Positions 34,200 through 45,913 are shown, numbered from the whole stretch's first letter. The stretch: 63,804 nt of DNA, filler included, from 14 parts of 14 records of this genome joined end to end with filler, not necessarily neighbours in it; one strand, 5' to 3'. Notes: generated from the sequence alone by a model not told the origin. Program-made: numbers and translations.

Positions 34200-35384
34200 T
34201 TACCGCTGCCCTCTCTTGCGCCGTTTGTACGGGCCTTTGTGTCCCGGTGCAGTCTTCGATCTCCTCTCGTCCATCTTGTGAAACGCGTTTTCCCTGCCGC
34301 CCGTGAAGCAGCGTAAAATCTGCTCGCAATCATGGCAGGGGTGCTCGCGAGTGCATTTTGCACTGTTGCTCATCGTGCGAATGATGTGGTCGCGGAATAT
34401 CTCCGAGCAGCGTTGACAATACGGCTCGCCGTTGTAGCCGACAGAGCTCCACCACTTCCCCTGGCGGTTGTGCCGCCGTACGTCCTTCCGATGGCGGAGG
34501 CATCGCTGCCGGATCTCTTCGCCACCGCTGCTACTGGTTGCCTTTTTCTTAGATCCAGCTTGCTCCTGGGCTGGTATCGCTCCAGCCTCACCGCCAGCGA
34601 AGGCCGCCTTGCAAAATGGGCAGCAGGTGCCATCGGCAGCAGTGGGAGCATCAAGCTTCGGGGACAGTGCAGCAGAGGTTGCCTCAGCAGTGACCTGCTC
34701 AGTCTTACCTGCACTCATACGCCCACCGGCAGGCATGCTGCGCCTTTTCCGTACTGGCGCCTTCGTCTTCAGAAGATTGGGCCCAATTCTGGGTGCGTGG
34801 TCCTGCACGTTTACATGTAGCGGCGTGGCACCGATTTGAACCGGGTACGGCGTGACGAGCTGCCGCGGCGGTGCTATTGGCAACGCCTCTTGCTTATTGC
34901 GATAGGCGTCCTGGACGAAAGGCTCGAGGATTGGCATCTGTGGTGGCGGCAGCTGCTGGGTATACATGCCAACCGCCGGGTTCATATGCAGTCCTACGGC
35001 AGAGTATGCATCCGTGCTAGCTAGTGCAGGTGCGACATCTGTCGACTCGGACGTGCAGCCGCCCTCGTCGGATTCCGGAGTCGTGCACTGCCCGTTGGTG
35101 ACACAAGAACTATCACTGTCATACTCAGGTGCGGGCCGCCAATCGCCGCTTCCAACACCCACGCCAACTGAGTCTGCCCCTGGCATTTCCCACCAGGGGG
35201 TCTCGGACGCTCCCGTGCCAGAGGGGTCGGAGCTCGGCCCTAGCATGGACATCGAGGTCTGGAACGTGTCCTGCTGGCCTACCCCGCAGTCCAGCGACCC
35301 AGGAAACGCGTTGTAGTTGTCTGCCTCAACCGACGTGTACACCTGTGGGTCCTGGACCCAGGCCGTCTGGAAGAGAGTGCTCAT
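34200..35384 (-). CDS. hypothetical protein with acidic/Pro-rich N-terminus, basic NLS-like segments and a C-terminal Cys/His cluster (putative Zn-finger transcription factor)
   Basis: 394-aa intronless ORF; CPFC...CLRH...WW..GYNGEPYCQRCSEIFRDH...C.REHPCHDC; VRKRR and KRRKR. Confidence 0.6.
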   Translation of the reverse strand: MSTLFQTAWVQDPQVYTSVEADNYNAFPGSLDCGVGQQDTFQTSMSMLGPSSDPSGTGASETPWWEMPGADSVGVGVGSGDWRPAPEYDSDSSCVTNGQCTTPESDEGGCTSESTDVAPALASTDAYSAVGLHMNPAVGMYTQQLPPPQMPILEPFVQDAYRNKQEALPIAPPRQLVTPYPVQIGATPLHVNVQDHAPRIGPNLLKTKAPVRKRRSMPAGGRMSAGKTEQVTAEATSAALSPKLDAPTAADGTCCPFCKAAFAGGEAGAIPAQEQAGSKKKATSSSGGEEIRQRCLRHRKDVRRHNRQGKWWSSVGYNGEPYCQRCSEIFRDHIIRTMSNSAKCTREHPCHDCEQILRCFTGGRENAFHKMDERRSKTAPGHKGPYKRRKRGQR

Positions 35385-36088
35385 CCGCCTAACGCACGAT
35401 CGACCGTGGATTCAGCAGTGTGCGCTTGAATAGACTCCTCGCCAGCACTTCCAGAGAAACCCTCGTCGCCCGCTCTGACGCGCGTCGCTCCTCGCCACAA
35501 CCTACCACCTGCCACCTCGTCGTTCCACCACCCCAAAACAGCGGGAAAATGCCCCTCTGGGCCGCCCAAAACGAGTCGAAACGATCGCGCGACTTTCCAC
35601 GATACGTAATCGTCGTGCGTGCGCGATCGATGCTAGCGTGATTTTCCGCGCATGCGCACCGCAGCAAGTGCAGGCAGTCCTCACTCACACTGCATTCATA
35701 ATACTAGATCTAGTACATCGAGTACCGGTACGGGTTCGGCTCACGACGCACGCAGGCCGCCGGCGAGGCGTGATGAGGTGAGCGAGAAAATTGGTCTGGC
35801 GTGTCAAAAGCAATATGCTATATGGAAGCTATTCATGGAACTACCCGGTCGTTGTATTTGGAAGCTTCCAAACACAAACGCGCGCGGACCACGCATGCAT
35901 GAGGAGTCCTGTGGTTTCTGTGACAACCGCAATGCGGTCTACTCTCTCAATTCACGGAATCCTCCGGCGCTTGGGCCGGTGCGACCTGACTGAGGGCACT
36001 CGGCTCCTCTCAATCAGAATCACCGAAGCCTTGTGGAAGAAGGTCAAATCGGATGGCACCGAGGGCGCCGACACTAGATTAACTTAGT

Positions 36089-36188
36089 NNNNNNNNNNNN
36101 NNNNNNNNNNNNNNNNNNNNNNNNNNNNNNNNTTAATTAATTAANNNNNNNNNNNNNNNNNNNNNNNNNNNNNNNNNNNNNNNNNNNN
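36089..36188. other. artificial contig linker
   Basis: 44 N + TTAATTAATTAA + 44 N. Confidence 0.99.
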
Positions 36189-39100
36189 CTGCTGCTGCTG
36201 CTGCTGCTGCCGCTGCTCGTGCTGCTGCTCGTGCTGCTCGTGCTGCTGGTTGTGCTGATGAGTACCTGCGCTCTGTGCCGTCGAGTCGATCGTTTCAGAG
36301 TGACATACCTGAAATGTTATTCTTGCTTGATCTTCTAAGCCTTTAATATTCGAGATCGTCATCTTGCATTTTGGGCAGATGTCACCAAATCGGGTGGTAT
36401 CACCGGTGCTGTTTGTGCAGGCAGAATCAACACCACATCGGCCAACCGTAGCACTCTCGTCGAGGTCCTTACCATAGCGGACAAGCTTCAGAAACTTTGT
36501 CCTGTCGGCCTTCGATTCAAACACCTGGAGCAGCTTCGTTTTGCGAATCTTCATCAAACTATCGTTTGCGATCTTTAGCCGAGACTCACTTACAAGTAAG
36601 GGCTTGGCGGCCAACGCGAGACACGTGATTGCTGCCAGGATGCCACCAGCAAGCATGCAGAAACGACTTCCGTCGATCGCAGTCCATGACAAGATCGATA
36701 GTGAAGGTAGATCGAACATATACCATACGCAAGCGATGCTCAGAATTCTCAGCGTCGTTGACCAGTGCCACGTGGTAGGTTCTTGTGCAGTATTATGAGG
36801 GAATATTTCATCGTCAATTGCTGTCATCTCATCTGTGATATCGATCTCTGTGGGGGTTAATTTCGACAGCTCTTCTGCAAGCTTGCATTTAACGTCTTCA
36901 AGTGTGTTGTGTGTATGGCACGACAACATGATGGTGTAATAGTTCAAGAAATGCCCTGAGATTCTCAGGTAGATTTGCTTTCCATCAAATCCATGCTCAT
37001 CGTCAATATCGTTATCATGACCATACATCTCAAACGCGGAATCCTGAGGAGACTTCTTTATCTGTCCTTGCGTCCGGCTTGCCCCCCTTTCCCAGTTGGT
37101 ACGCTGATTGATATCTGACGTCGGCGGTGCAACCCCTTCATAGGCGCTAGCAGAACGCGCAGCGATTTTTTTGACATGAGCTCGGAAGGTCGTCCCCATC
37201 ATACCTGTGCTCTCAGCAGCAACATCACGGTCGAATGCCTCAACTCGCAACCAGTCAGGCAGTGAGGTGCTTGCAAGTGCTTGTGCCGCATGTCTTGTGT
37301 TCGTGAACGACACCAGCGCCCATGCTCTCCCAGTTTTGTGTCGAACCGTGACGCCCAGCACGGTTCCAAACTGGGAGAAAATTTGGATCAATATATCCTC
37401 ATTCACATCTTCAGCCATGCACGTCACCTTCACTAGATCTTCCTGCGAAGCGATGGACGACATGTTGCGGATGGAGTACAGCTCACTCATGTCAATGAAC
37501 GACGTCGACCATCTGTCCTCAGTGCTTTTATGAGACAGCTTGCGTCCATACTCAAAAAGAAACTTGATAAGGTTGGCACGGTCTTTCAACTACAAGCAAC
37601 ACAACGTACATGAGCATGATTCATGTTGCTGGCGCACTATCACAGAATATCTAGTTACATGGCTGACACGTTTGCAGAATGATGACTACTAGACGCACCG
37701 CAATCACATTCTTTGAGTCCAGTGTGTTGAAGTCAGCACGGAGAACGAATAGCACGACGACTCGAATCACTGCTAGCTGACCCTTTGGCTCTAGCTTGGT
37801 CATTTGTGGGCCCATCATAGTGGACGCGCTTGCCTCAAGCTCGCGAAAGACAGCCTGCAGAGTCTCCAACAAAAATCGCACCTCCTTGTGCCGCACCAGC
37901 TGCTCAATGTATTGCCCCCAATGCATAGCAAACACATCCTGTGCAAACGATCGCGTACTGCCTCGTCCCAGATTGGCAATAATCGATTGCTTAAGCAGTA
38001 CTTGGCAACAAGACGAGTGTCCACTGGCTCTGTAGTCAATGATGTGCATGTTGTTCGCACGATTCGCAGAGTAGCACACTTGCATGATGGTGAAGATGTG
38101 GTCTTTCAGATATTCAACTTCGCCCAGTTCCTGTTGCGCATTTGTGCGAAGAACAACGTCATCACTAATGATCGCTTCATACATCTTCACCACCGCGTCC
38201 GCAATTCCCCCAGATCCTTTGACGACGAATACACTGTCATTACTCTGCACTGCAGATTGCACAGTTTTAAGCGTTACCGGTCCTCCCCCAACCACAATCG
38301 TTACAAGTGGTATCCTATGCATTTCGGCATATGTTCGCTCCAGTTGTGCACGTAGTAATGCGGCACACTGGTCGCGCTGGGGTGCATCTGGATGATTGTC
38401 ACTAACAAGAATGAAGCCTTGGTGCCCTCTTAACTCCGGTGGCGTAAACTCTTTCATCGTGGCGCTGCCCTGGCGGCTTGGCCGGAGCTCTTCGTCTTTA
38501 AATACTATCTCCTCATCACCGTCAACGTACGCAGGGCGTGTGCTACCTGAAGCTTTACCAGCGTAAACACGTGACGCCGCGGCCACGCCGAGGCAGGATA
38601 TCTCGCGTCCATGTGCGTCGGCGTATTTCTGAAACGCTTTACCAACCAGCTGCATGATGCCGGCACTTGTGCCGCCAGTAACGACCAAGGCGCGGTATGT
38701 TTCGGTTGATCTCAGTATGTCTTGCGCGACGCCTGTGGTCACATCTTCTGACAGATCATTGAAGTTATTAGCTGCACCACCCGTCACCGAGAGGACAATC
38801 TGGAATTTGCGCCCACGCATAATTCCATCATACGCGTGCAACATTCCAGCTAGCGAAGCCACCGATGCATCGCTTGGAACTTCATGAAACCGACGCCTGT
38901 AGCTGTTTGTGCTGGTGAGGGTTTCTGTCTGAAGCCATCCTTGTCTAGTGTTGGGATTGACGATGCCTCTTTGGCCCATCACTGCCACGATGACGACGTG
39001 CGAGTTAGCGAGTGGATGCACTGTGGAAGACGTAAAACGCGGTAGCAACACGCATGGTCGATGGGCAGCAGGTCTTGTGTAAGCTCACGATAAAAAACTG

Positions 39101-39648
39101 TCTTGGAGAAGCTCGTATTTCTCCGCCGCAGCGCATAGCTTATGTTGCCCAGGCCACACCTTTCCTGCCATGCCTTCTGGATGGCACTCACTGCCGCCTC
39201 TTTACCCGCGTAGTTGTTGATAGCCTTGACTCGGACTCGACCGACGTTCTGTCTAGCTGTCCACGAATTAGACCACGTCATCGACTGTAGATCGATGATC
39301 CTATCACCCAAATTCACCGTGTTCCGATTTTTTTTCATGGCATCTTTAATTTTTTCTTGCTCAGCCGCCGGGTACGCGCGCCACGCCTCTGTCTCCGTGA
39401 CGTCCATACTCATCGTAAACTCAAACTGACAAACCATATCCGCAGCAAACGCCCTCAACTCATTCGTGTATGAGCCGATCGAGTCGATTGAGGCCACCAT
39501 CATGCGCGTCTCTTCGAGTGACTCAGCCACTGTCTCATCGGCGCCAACAGATGACTCAGAGTGATCATACGAGTACGTCATGGGGTTCTCCGTCCGACTT
39601 CCTCGGTAAGCATTACTCAAGCGCACCCCTGTCCTGGCGACCTGGCCG
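36189..39648 (-). CDS. WWE + TRPM-type SLOG (LSDAT) + RRM + UBL/2TM multidomain protein (3 exons, truncated at both contig ends)
   Basis: WWE-like WRAYPAAEQEKIKDAM...IIDLQSMT. SLOG LSVTGGA, VTGGTSAGIMQLVG, CLGVA, HQGFILV, LRAQLE, IPLVTIVVGGG, VVKGSGGIAD. TRPM-like A|LKDRANLIKFLFEYG. RRM IFSQFGTV..WALVSF. Introns 39021-39089 and 37590-37698 restore frame. Confidence 0.8.
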
Positions 39649-39748
39649 NNNNNNNNNNNNNNNNNNNNNNNNNNNNNNNNNNNNNNNNNNNNTTAATTAA
39701 TTAANNNNNNNNNNNNNNNNNNNNNNNNNNNNNNNNNNNNNNNNNNNN
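39649..39748. other. artificial contig linker
   Basis: 44 N + TTAATTAATTAA + 44 N. Confidence 0.99.
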
Positions 39749-39971
39749 GCTTTTGACGTGTGCCTGATACCGGCCTGATTATCGCGGTTCATAACCCACG
39801 GCTTGAGGAATGCGTGCGGCCGCCCGCCCGGCGCGCGCCGCGCCGTCGCCGCGAGCGAGCGCGCGCGAGAGCCACCGACTGCACCACTGGCAGGCTTGAA
39901 GGCTCCGTCGTGCAGATATAGAACCCACCGCATCGTCCGTCCCTCCCGCGTGCACGTGCTCACCGCTATAG

Positions 39972-41787
39972 ATGCGGCGGGGCGTCGGCGTGCTCGGCGC
40001 CCTGGCGCTGGCGGCGGCAGCGCCGCGCGCAGCGCTTGGGTTTGACAACGGCGCGCCACACTCGCGTCTGCCGCCGCTTGGGTGGAGCAGCTGGGACGCG
40101 TGAGCTTGTGTTGCTTTGCGCCGGCCAGCTGCCGTGCTCGGCTGTGACGCCATTTGCTTTGCAGTGGTGCTTTGGCTTTGCGTGTCGAGTGCTGACAAGA
40201 GTGGCACTGTGTGTGCCGCTGCGTGTGGTGTTTGCTGCGGTCGGTGGGGACGACCGAGCACAGTCTAGCAGCAGGCGCGGACCACCCGATCCGTGACTTC
40301 TGCGACACGGTGTCGGTGAAGGCGGCCGCTGACGCGTACATCGCGACCGGCCTGTACGATGCGGGGTACCGGCACCTGCACCTCGACGACTGCTGGGCGG
40401 GCCACACCCGCAACGCCACTGGCTTCATCCAGCCAGATCCGGCCCGGTTCCCTGGTGGGATGAAAGAGGTTGCCGACTACGTGCACTCGAAGGGGCTCTC
40501 GTTCGGGCTGTACACCAGCGCAGGCAAGACGGTGTGCGTGGGTGGTCGCGTGGGCTCGCAGGGCCACTGGACGCAGGACGCCCAAGTCTTTGCGGAGTGG
40601 GGTGTGGATTGGGTGAAAATGGATTGGTGTGGTGGAGCGTCGGACGTGAAGGGATCATACGCCAGCATGAGCAAGGCGCTCAACGAGTCGGGCCGACACA
40701 TCGCACTGAACATGTGCCGGGGCGACGAGAAGCCTTGGAGCTGGATCAACGCATACGCTCAGTCGTGGCGAGTCACCGAGGACCACTCCGGAAAGTGGTC
40801 ACAGCCGTCGCACGGAATCAAACAGGGCATTGCGACCGCCCTGGAGATCCCTAGGCACGCGACGGGCATCCCATATGGCTGGAATGATATGGACATGTTG
40901 CAAACAGGCACCGGCCCAGCGTCTGGCTTCGATCCAACTCTGGGTCCACCGAACGTGACGCTCGACGAGAGCATCACAGAGTTCAGCATGTGGGCAATCC
41001 TTGCCTCGCCACTGCTCTTCACCACCCCGATCATGAACTGCACTGTGGCCGACGTGGACGTGGTGGCCACCAACCACGTCACCCCACCAACCTGCTCCTG
41101 CACCAAGAAGCTGTCGACGAAGGCCACGTGCGTCGAAGGAGAGACGTTCGGGTGTTTGCCTAACGGGACGATGTGGGCGGTGGGGTGCCGTGGAATATTC
41201 ACCTGCAACGGCATACAGGGGGTCTCTTGTAACGTCAACATGCCGGACCCGCCTCGGAACCACACTTGCCCGTGCAAGGCCTCGCCAGATCCCAAGCCAT
41301 CGCCATCACCCTCGCCACATCATAGCAGCCCACCTATGACGCCAAAGCACTGCAAGCCGTACCTACTCCACTCAAAACATTTGTCTCTTTGTCTTGCTGC
41401 TCATCTACAGTCATTCGATATTTAAGACTTATTCGCCGGAGCAGGTACCTCAATCCCACACAAAAACTGGTCTTGCTAAACAAGGAAATCCTCGAAGTAA
41501 ATCAACAGGTCACTCCGCAGGGCTTCCCGACCGTTCCGGGTGACTCCACTGTTTGGGCTCGCACTCTCTCAGACGGCTCTATCGCTGTGGCGCTGTATAA
41601 CGAGGATGACGCGCCGAAAGCCATCGGGACCAGCTTGGCCGCTCTGGGGTGGCCATCCAATGCGAAGGCAACGGTTCGCGACTTGTGGGCACACACCGAC
41701 AACGGGACCGTCGTAGGCGCCCTGAAGAATGTGACTGTCCGCGCGCACGCAACAGTAGTCGTGCGGCTCTCTCGCGTGCATGACTGA
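39972..41787 (+). CDS. secreted GH27 alpha-galactosidase with Cys-rich insert (3 exons)
   Basis: Signal peptide, FDNG..LPPLGWSSW, LHLDDCW, RFPGGM, FGLYTSAG, WGVDWVKMDWC, WRVTEDH, WNDMDML, EFSMWAILASPL, LLNKEILEVNQ, VRDLWAH. Confidence 0.94.
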
Positions 41788-41949
41788 TGCAACGCCAGGA
41801 GAGTCGCTGAATCATACCTTTCATTGTATACTGATCTACCGCTTCTAAAACAAGATTCTAACACTCCAGCTGCAGAACCAGAGCGAGAATTCTGCCCCTC
41901 CAGCATTAAATATATTTATAGTTGTACTGCAGAAGGTAGTATAGTTTCG

Positions 41950-42850
41950 CTACATCTGTAGCTTTGTTGCGGCAACCACTTGCAAGTCGTCGCCCGCGCC
42001 CTTGTTGATCTCTTCTTCGAGCAGCCCATCGAGGTTCATGTTGTATTGTTGCACTCGCGAGTAGAACCTCTTATTGTATAACAACCAGTACCCCTGCGAA
42101 CAACCCACATAGATTACTTGCCATGCCATAATTATGTACATCGTAAGCGCTGCGTTGCTTGGATAAAGCATGTATAGAAACTATCCCAGCCGCATGAACG
42201 CAAACAAAAGCGTACTGCAATAGCCACGCTCAAACCATGATCGACAAACGACTGAGCCGGTCCATAGCCATCCATGTATCTTGTTGGCCACCCGACCAAC
42301 GCGTTTTCGATGAATAGAACGATCAAGAACTTGACCGAGGCATCCATGTATTCGTCAAAGGTAGTCGAGTACGGCACGTGCGGCAGCTCTGCCGCAACGG
42401 CAAACTTGTAGGCAACGGCGTTGAGCAGCAGCGAGAGTACCACCTGGCTCCGGCTGGCAAAGTCGGACGGCTCCAGTGCGAAGGTTCTGCAGATATTCCG
42501 GAACCGATTGAATGTACCGCGTGTGTTCGATGATTGCGGTAGACTGCCGCGGGCAGCACCGATATACAAATGCAGAGGAAAGATGTGGACGCACCCGAGC
42601 GCGACGGTCGCCATCAACCCCATCAGAACCATCTGTTTTCGCCATCAACCCCCATCAGAATCATCTGTTTTGTTTGACTCAAGAACTCTTACTTACGATG
42701 TTTTTGAAGTGCCCTGCCTTCCTTCTCAAAACCATGTGCAAATTGTACGTTGGTTTGCCCTTGTCGTCGCACGACGCCTTTGCCACAGGGGAGTGAATGT
42801 GCCATTCCTGAAGATGCACGCGCTTTTTGATCGATCCTGCGCCCTTCTCC
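41950..42850 (-). CDS. pentameric ligand-gated ion channel subunit, C-terminal/transmembrane part (multi-exon, 5' truncated)
   Basis: Pre-M1 LQEW...MVLRRKAGHFKNI; TFALEPSDFASRSQVVLSLLLNAVAYKFAVAAELPHVPYSTTFDEY matches the M2, M2-M3 LPxxxY and M3 pattern of pLGICs. Confidence 0.8.
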
Positions 42851-42961
42851 AGGCTAACAGCATATCGCTCGCGCGCATCGTCGTACTTAGAGTTAACGCG
42901 TAGCTCTGTGCGCAGCGCAGATGTACCGTTGAGCGCGCGTGCTCAAGTGCCCAAAGGCGCG

Positions 42962-43005
42962 CGAGAGAGAGCGCGCGAGAGAGAGAGAGAGAGAGAGAAA
43001 GAGAG
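42962..43005 (+). repeat. (AG)n microsatellite at contig end
   Basis: read directly. Confidence 0.9.
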
Positions 43006-43105
43006 NNNNNNNNNNNNNNNNNNNNNNNNNNNNNNNNNNNNNNNNNNNNTTAATTAATTAANNNNNNNNNNNNNNNNNNNNNNNNNNNNNNNNNNNNNNN
43101 NNNNN
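43006..43105. other. artificial contig linker
   Basis: 44 N + TTAATTAATTAA + 44 N. Confidence 0.99.
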
Positions 43106-43378
43106 TGCACTTCCCGGGGTACCTGATTTCTGGGCCCACCCAGTCAAATTTACATAGTAATGTGTACCATAGCAGCGGGCGGGGCGCGGGGTCGCTCGCG
43201 CCGCCGGTACTAGTACGCGTCGTACGGTCGTACGCCGCGGTACGCTCAGGGTACGTACGCGGTGCCACGCCACGGTACGAGGCCCGCGTACGTACGCGGC
43301 CGGCCGCCCCGCCATCCCACGGTAGCTCCGTGCGGCGGGGCGGCCGGCGGCGCGCGGACGGACGGACGAGATTCTAAG

Positions 43379-45913
43379 ATGAAGGTGACGAGCGCACTGC
43401 TCACGATGGCTGTGATCTGCGTGGGTGGATCAGGGGCGGCCCGGCCCAGCCCCGCACCACCGGTCCCAGCCGGCCATCCGCGGGTCTACCTCCGACCGGA
43501 CGACCTTCCCACGCTGCGGGCGAAAAGCAAAGACCGCGGCGCCAGGCGCCTGTGGCAGTCCATCGGCCGCCACAGCTCCGATCCGGTCGTGTTGGCTTTC
43601 ACTGGCCTGCTCGAGCAGGATGTGAGCAAGTGTACCAAGGCGGTGGAAGCGATGGGCGCAACCATACAGAAGACGGTCTCGTACCACGGCAAACCGAGCT
43701 CGAAAGAGACGACTATAGCAGGCCGCACGTTTCTGTCCGTGCAGCACGAGGGTGCAGTCGTATTGGACTGGTGCTACAATACCATGGATAACAAGACGAA
43801 GATGTCGTTCGTCGACGGGTTGAAAAAAGTTGCGAATATGGACGCGCCTGGGTTTCCTATCGTGAGTGCCCTCCAATGCTCGTACCGCAGGTGGAAGTAG
43901 CGCACTCTCTCGCGATCAATTTGATAAGCTGACATGCCTGTCCATCGATCGTTGCCGTCGCAAGGATTGGGGCCCACCACCCCACTGGGATACGATTGTT
44001 GGCCACCCTTGTGAGGGGTGGGTCATGACTGGGCAGCTGCCTTCGGGGCTTGCGATGCACGACATCGATCCTTCAATGTATGAAGGTGCCGCACGGTATT
44101 TTTTCGAGGGGTTGCTCCCTGTACGCCAGCTGGCATACCCGGCGCACAAGCACTACGAAGGTTCGCACTATACCTACGCGCGGTACGAGCATGAAATCGC
44201 AAGTGCGATGATATGGAGCGCGATTGGTCAACCTGACGTATTTCCCTCTAGTCAGCCTGCGGTGATGTCAGACTATATTTACGCTCTGCTGCCGAATGGC
44301 ACAATGGTTGCGTATGGCGATTGTGAGGTAAGTAGGGGCGAGACCTTGCAGGACGAAAAGGCCATGTGCATGTCGATGGCATCAGCTTTGTACGCGGGAC
44401 GCACGCCACCTGTCGGCGAGACCGTTTTACCGGAGCACCTGCGGTGGGTTGTCGATCATCCACCAGTGCCAGGGTCCACCGGGCCAGGCGACTGGGGAAG
44501 TGACTATCGTAGCGGACTCATTTCAGTCCTGAACTTCATTCACATTGAATCTGATAGTGAGAGCTTCTGATCTAAGCTTGATGCGTCCTTGCTACCCATG
44601 CCTATGCAAAACAACTGATGAAACGCCTTCCTGTTGCTACTGCAGCACCAAACTCGACCGATATTGCGACACTACCGACGTCTCGCTATTTTCCTGATCC
44701 CATGGGAGAAATGGTAGTGCGCACTGGTTGGGACCTCAGCGCTACTAGCACCGACACGATTGTGGCGCTCCGGATTGGTGGGCTGTTCTTTGGCAATCAC
44801 CAGCGTCGTGACGCTGGAAGCTTCCAGATATTTTACCGCAGCGCCTTAGCGATGTCGTCAGGGCATTATGGGTCGTACGGAACCTCTCACTGGAAAAACT
44901 ACTACCACAGTTCGATCTCCGTCAACTCGTTACTGATTTTTGATCCAGCTGAAGGGACAGAGAATGTGAACGGCAACGCCGGGATCAACGTTGGAGGGCA
45001 GAGGATGCCAATTTACGACCAGCCCAAAGACCTGGCGACTTTGATGGCGCCCGAAAACAAGTATAGAGTCGGCCGGGTGGTTGGACAAGGCTGGGAGGAA
45101 GTGGTTGCGCCAGCAGTTCCTCAATGGAACTGGCTGTCAGGCGATATCACCGACGCATACTGCTCCAATAAGACCAAACACGTAAGCCGTTCCTATCTGG
45201 TGTGGGTATGGCCGGGTGACACCACAGCGACAGCAGTGATCATCTTTGATCGAGTACACTCGACTGACCCAGGCTTCAAGAAAACGTTCTTGATGCACAC
45301 ACTCAACAAGCCAGGACTCAAAACGAGTGCTGCCGCAGGACCCAGCTTTGACATTTTTGCTGGTGATGGGGCTCTATCTGGAACAATGTTGCTTCCGGTC
45401 AACTTTTCTGTGGAGATCATCGGGGGGACAGGCCATGAATATGAAGCTGGAGGGCAGAACTGGCCGCCTGCTAAGGAGTCCGATGGTGTTTCCGGTGAGT
45501 GGCGGCTACAGGTTTCGCCGAAGACAAGTCAAGAGGAAGACTTGTTCCTGAGTGCGTGGCAGCCACACGATGCCAGCGGGCCAGCACCGGCTGCACCTTC
45601 TGCTTTAAGCTGGCCAGGGGGCGTGGTAGTCGGAGTACAAGTGCGCGAGCGAATTGCGGTCTTCGTTGCAGGAGCCAATGGGCTTGGGAATGTTACCAGC
45701 CTTGATCTGCGTGGTGGGCGAGGCATCGTATGGGGCGCCGGAGCCGATGGTCACGAGACAGTGTCGCTGCATGCATGTGGATTGCAAGCGGGTACATGGA
45801 CAGGGTTCGGGGAGACGCTTGGCCAAGCAAGCGCGCCAAGTTTCTGCCTAGTTACCAACATTACGAAGTCGACAATGGAAGCCGGCCCTCTGCATGTGAG
45901 CGCTGAGGCGTGA
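43379..45913 (+). CDS. secreted heparinase II-like polysaccharide lyase (PL21 / heparinase II/III family), 3 exons
   Basis: Signal peptide; HPRVYL; IVGHPCE; YPAHKHYEGSHYTYARY; MVVRTGW; GNHQRRDAGSFQIFYR; NSLLIFDPAE; GGQR; GDITDAY; IIFDRVHSTDPGFKKTFLMHT; GEWRLQVSP. Introns 43862-43964 and 44557-44645 keep frame. Confidence 0.88.

Noticed and set aside
36189-36260. Poly-Q/CAG and other microsatellites at contig ends as functional elements
   Set aside because: Simple repeats are where short-read assemblies break; their position at contig ends is an assembly effect.
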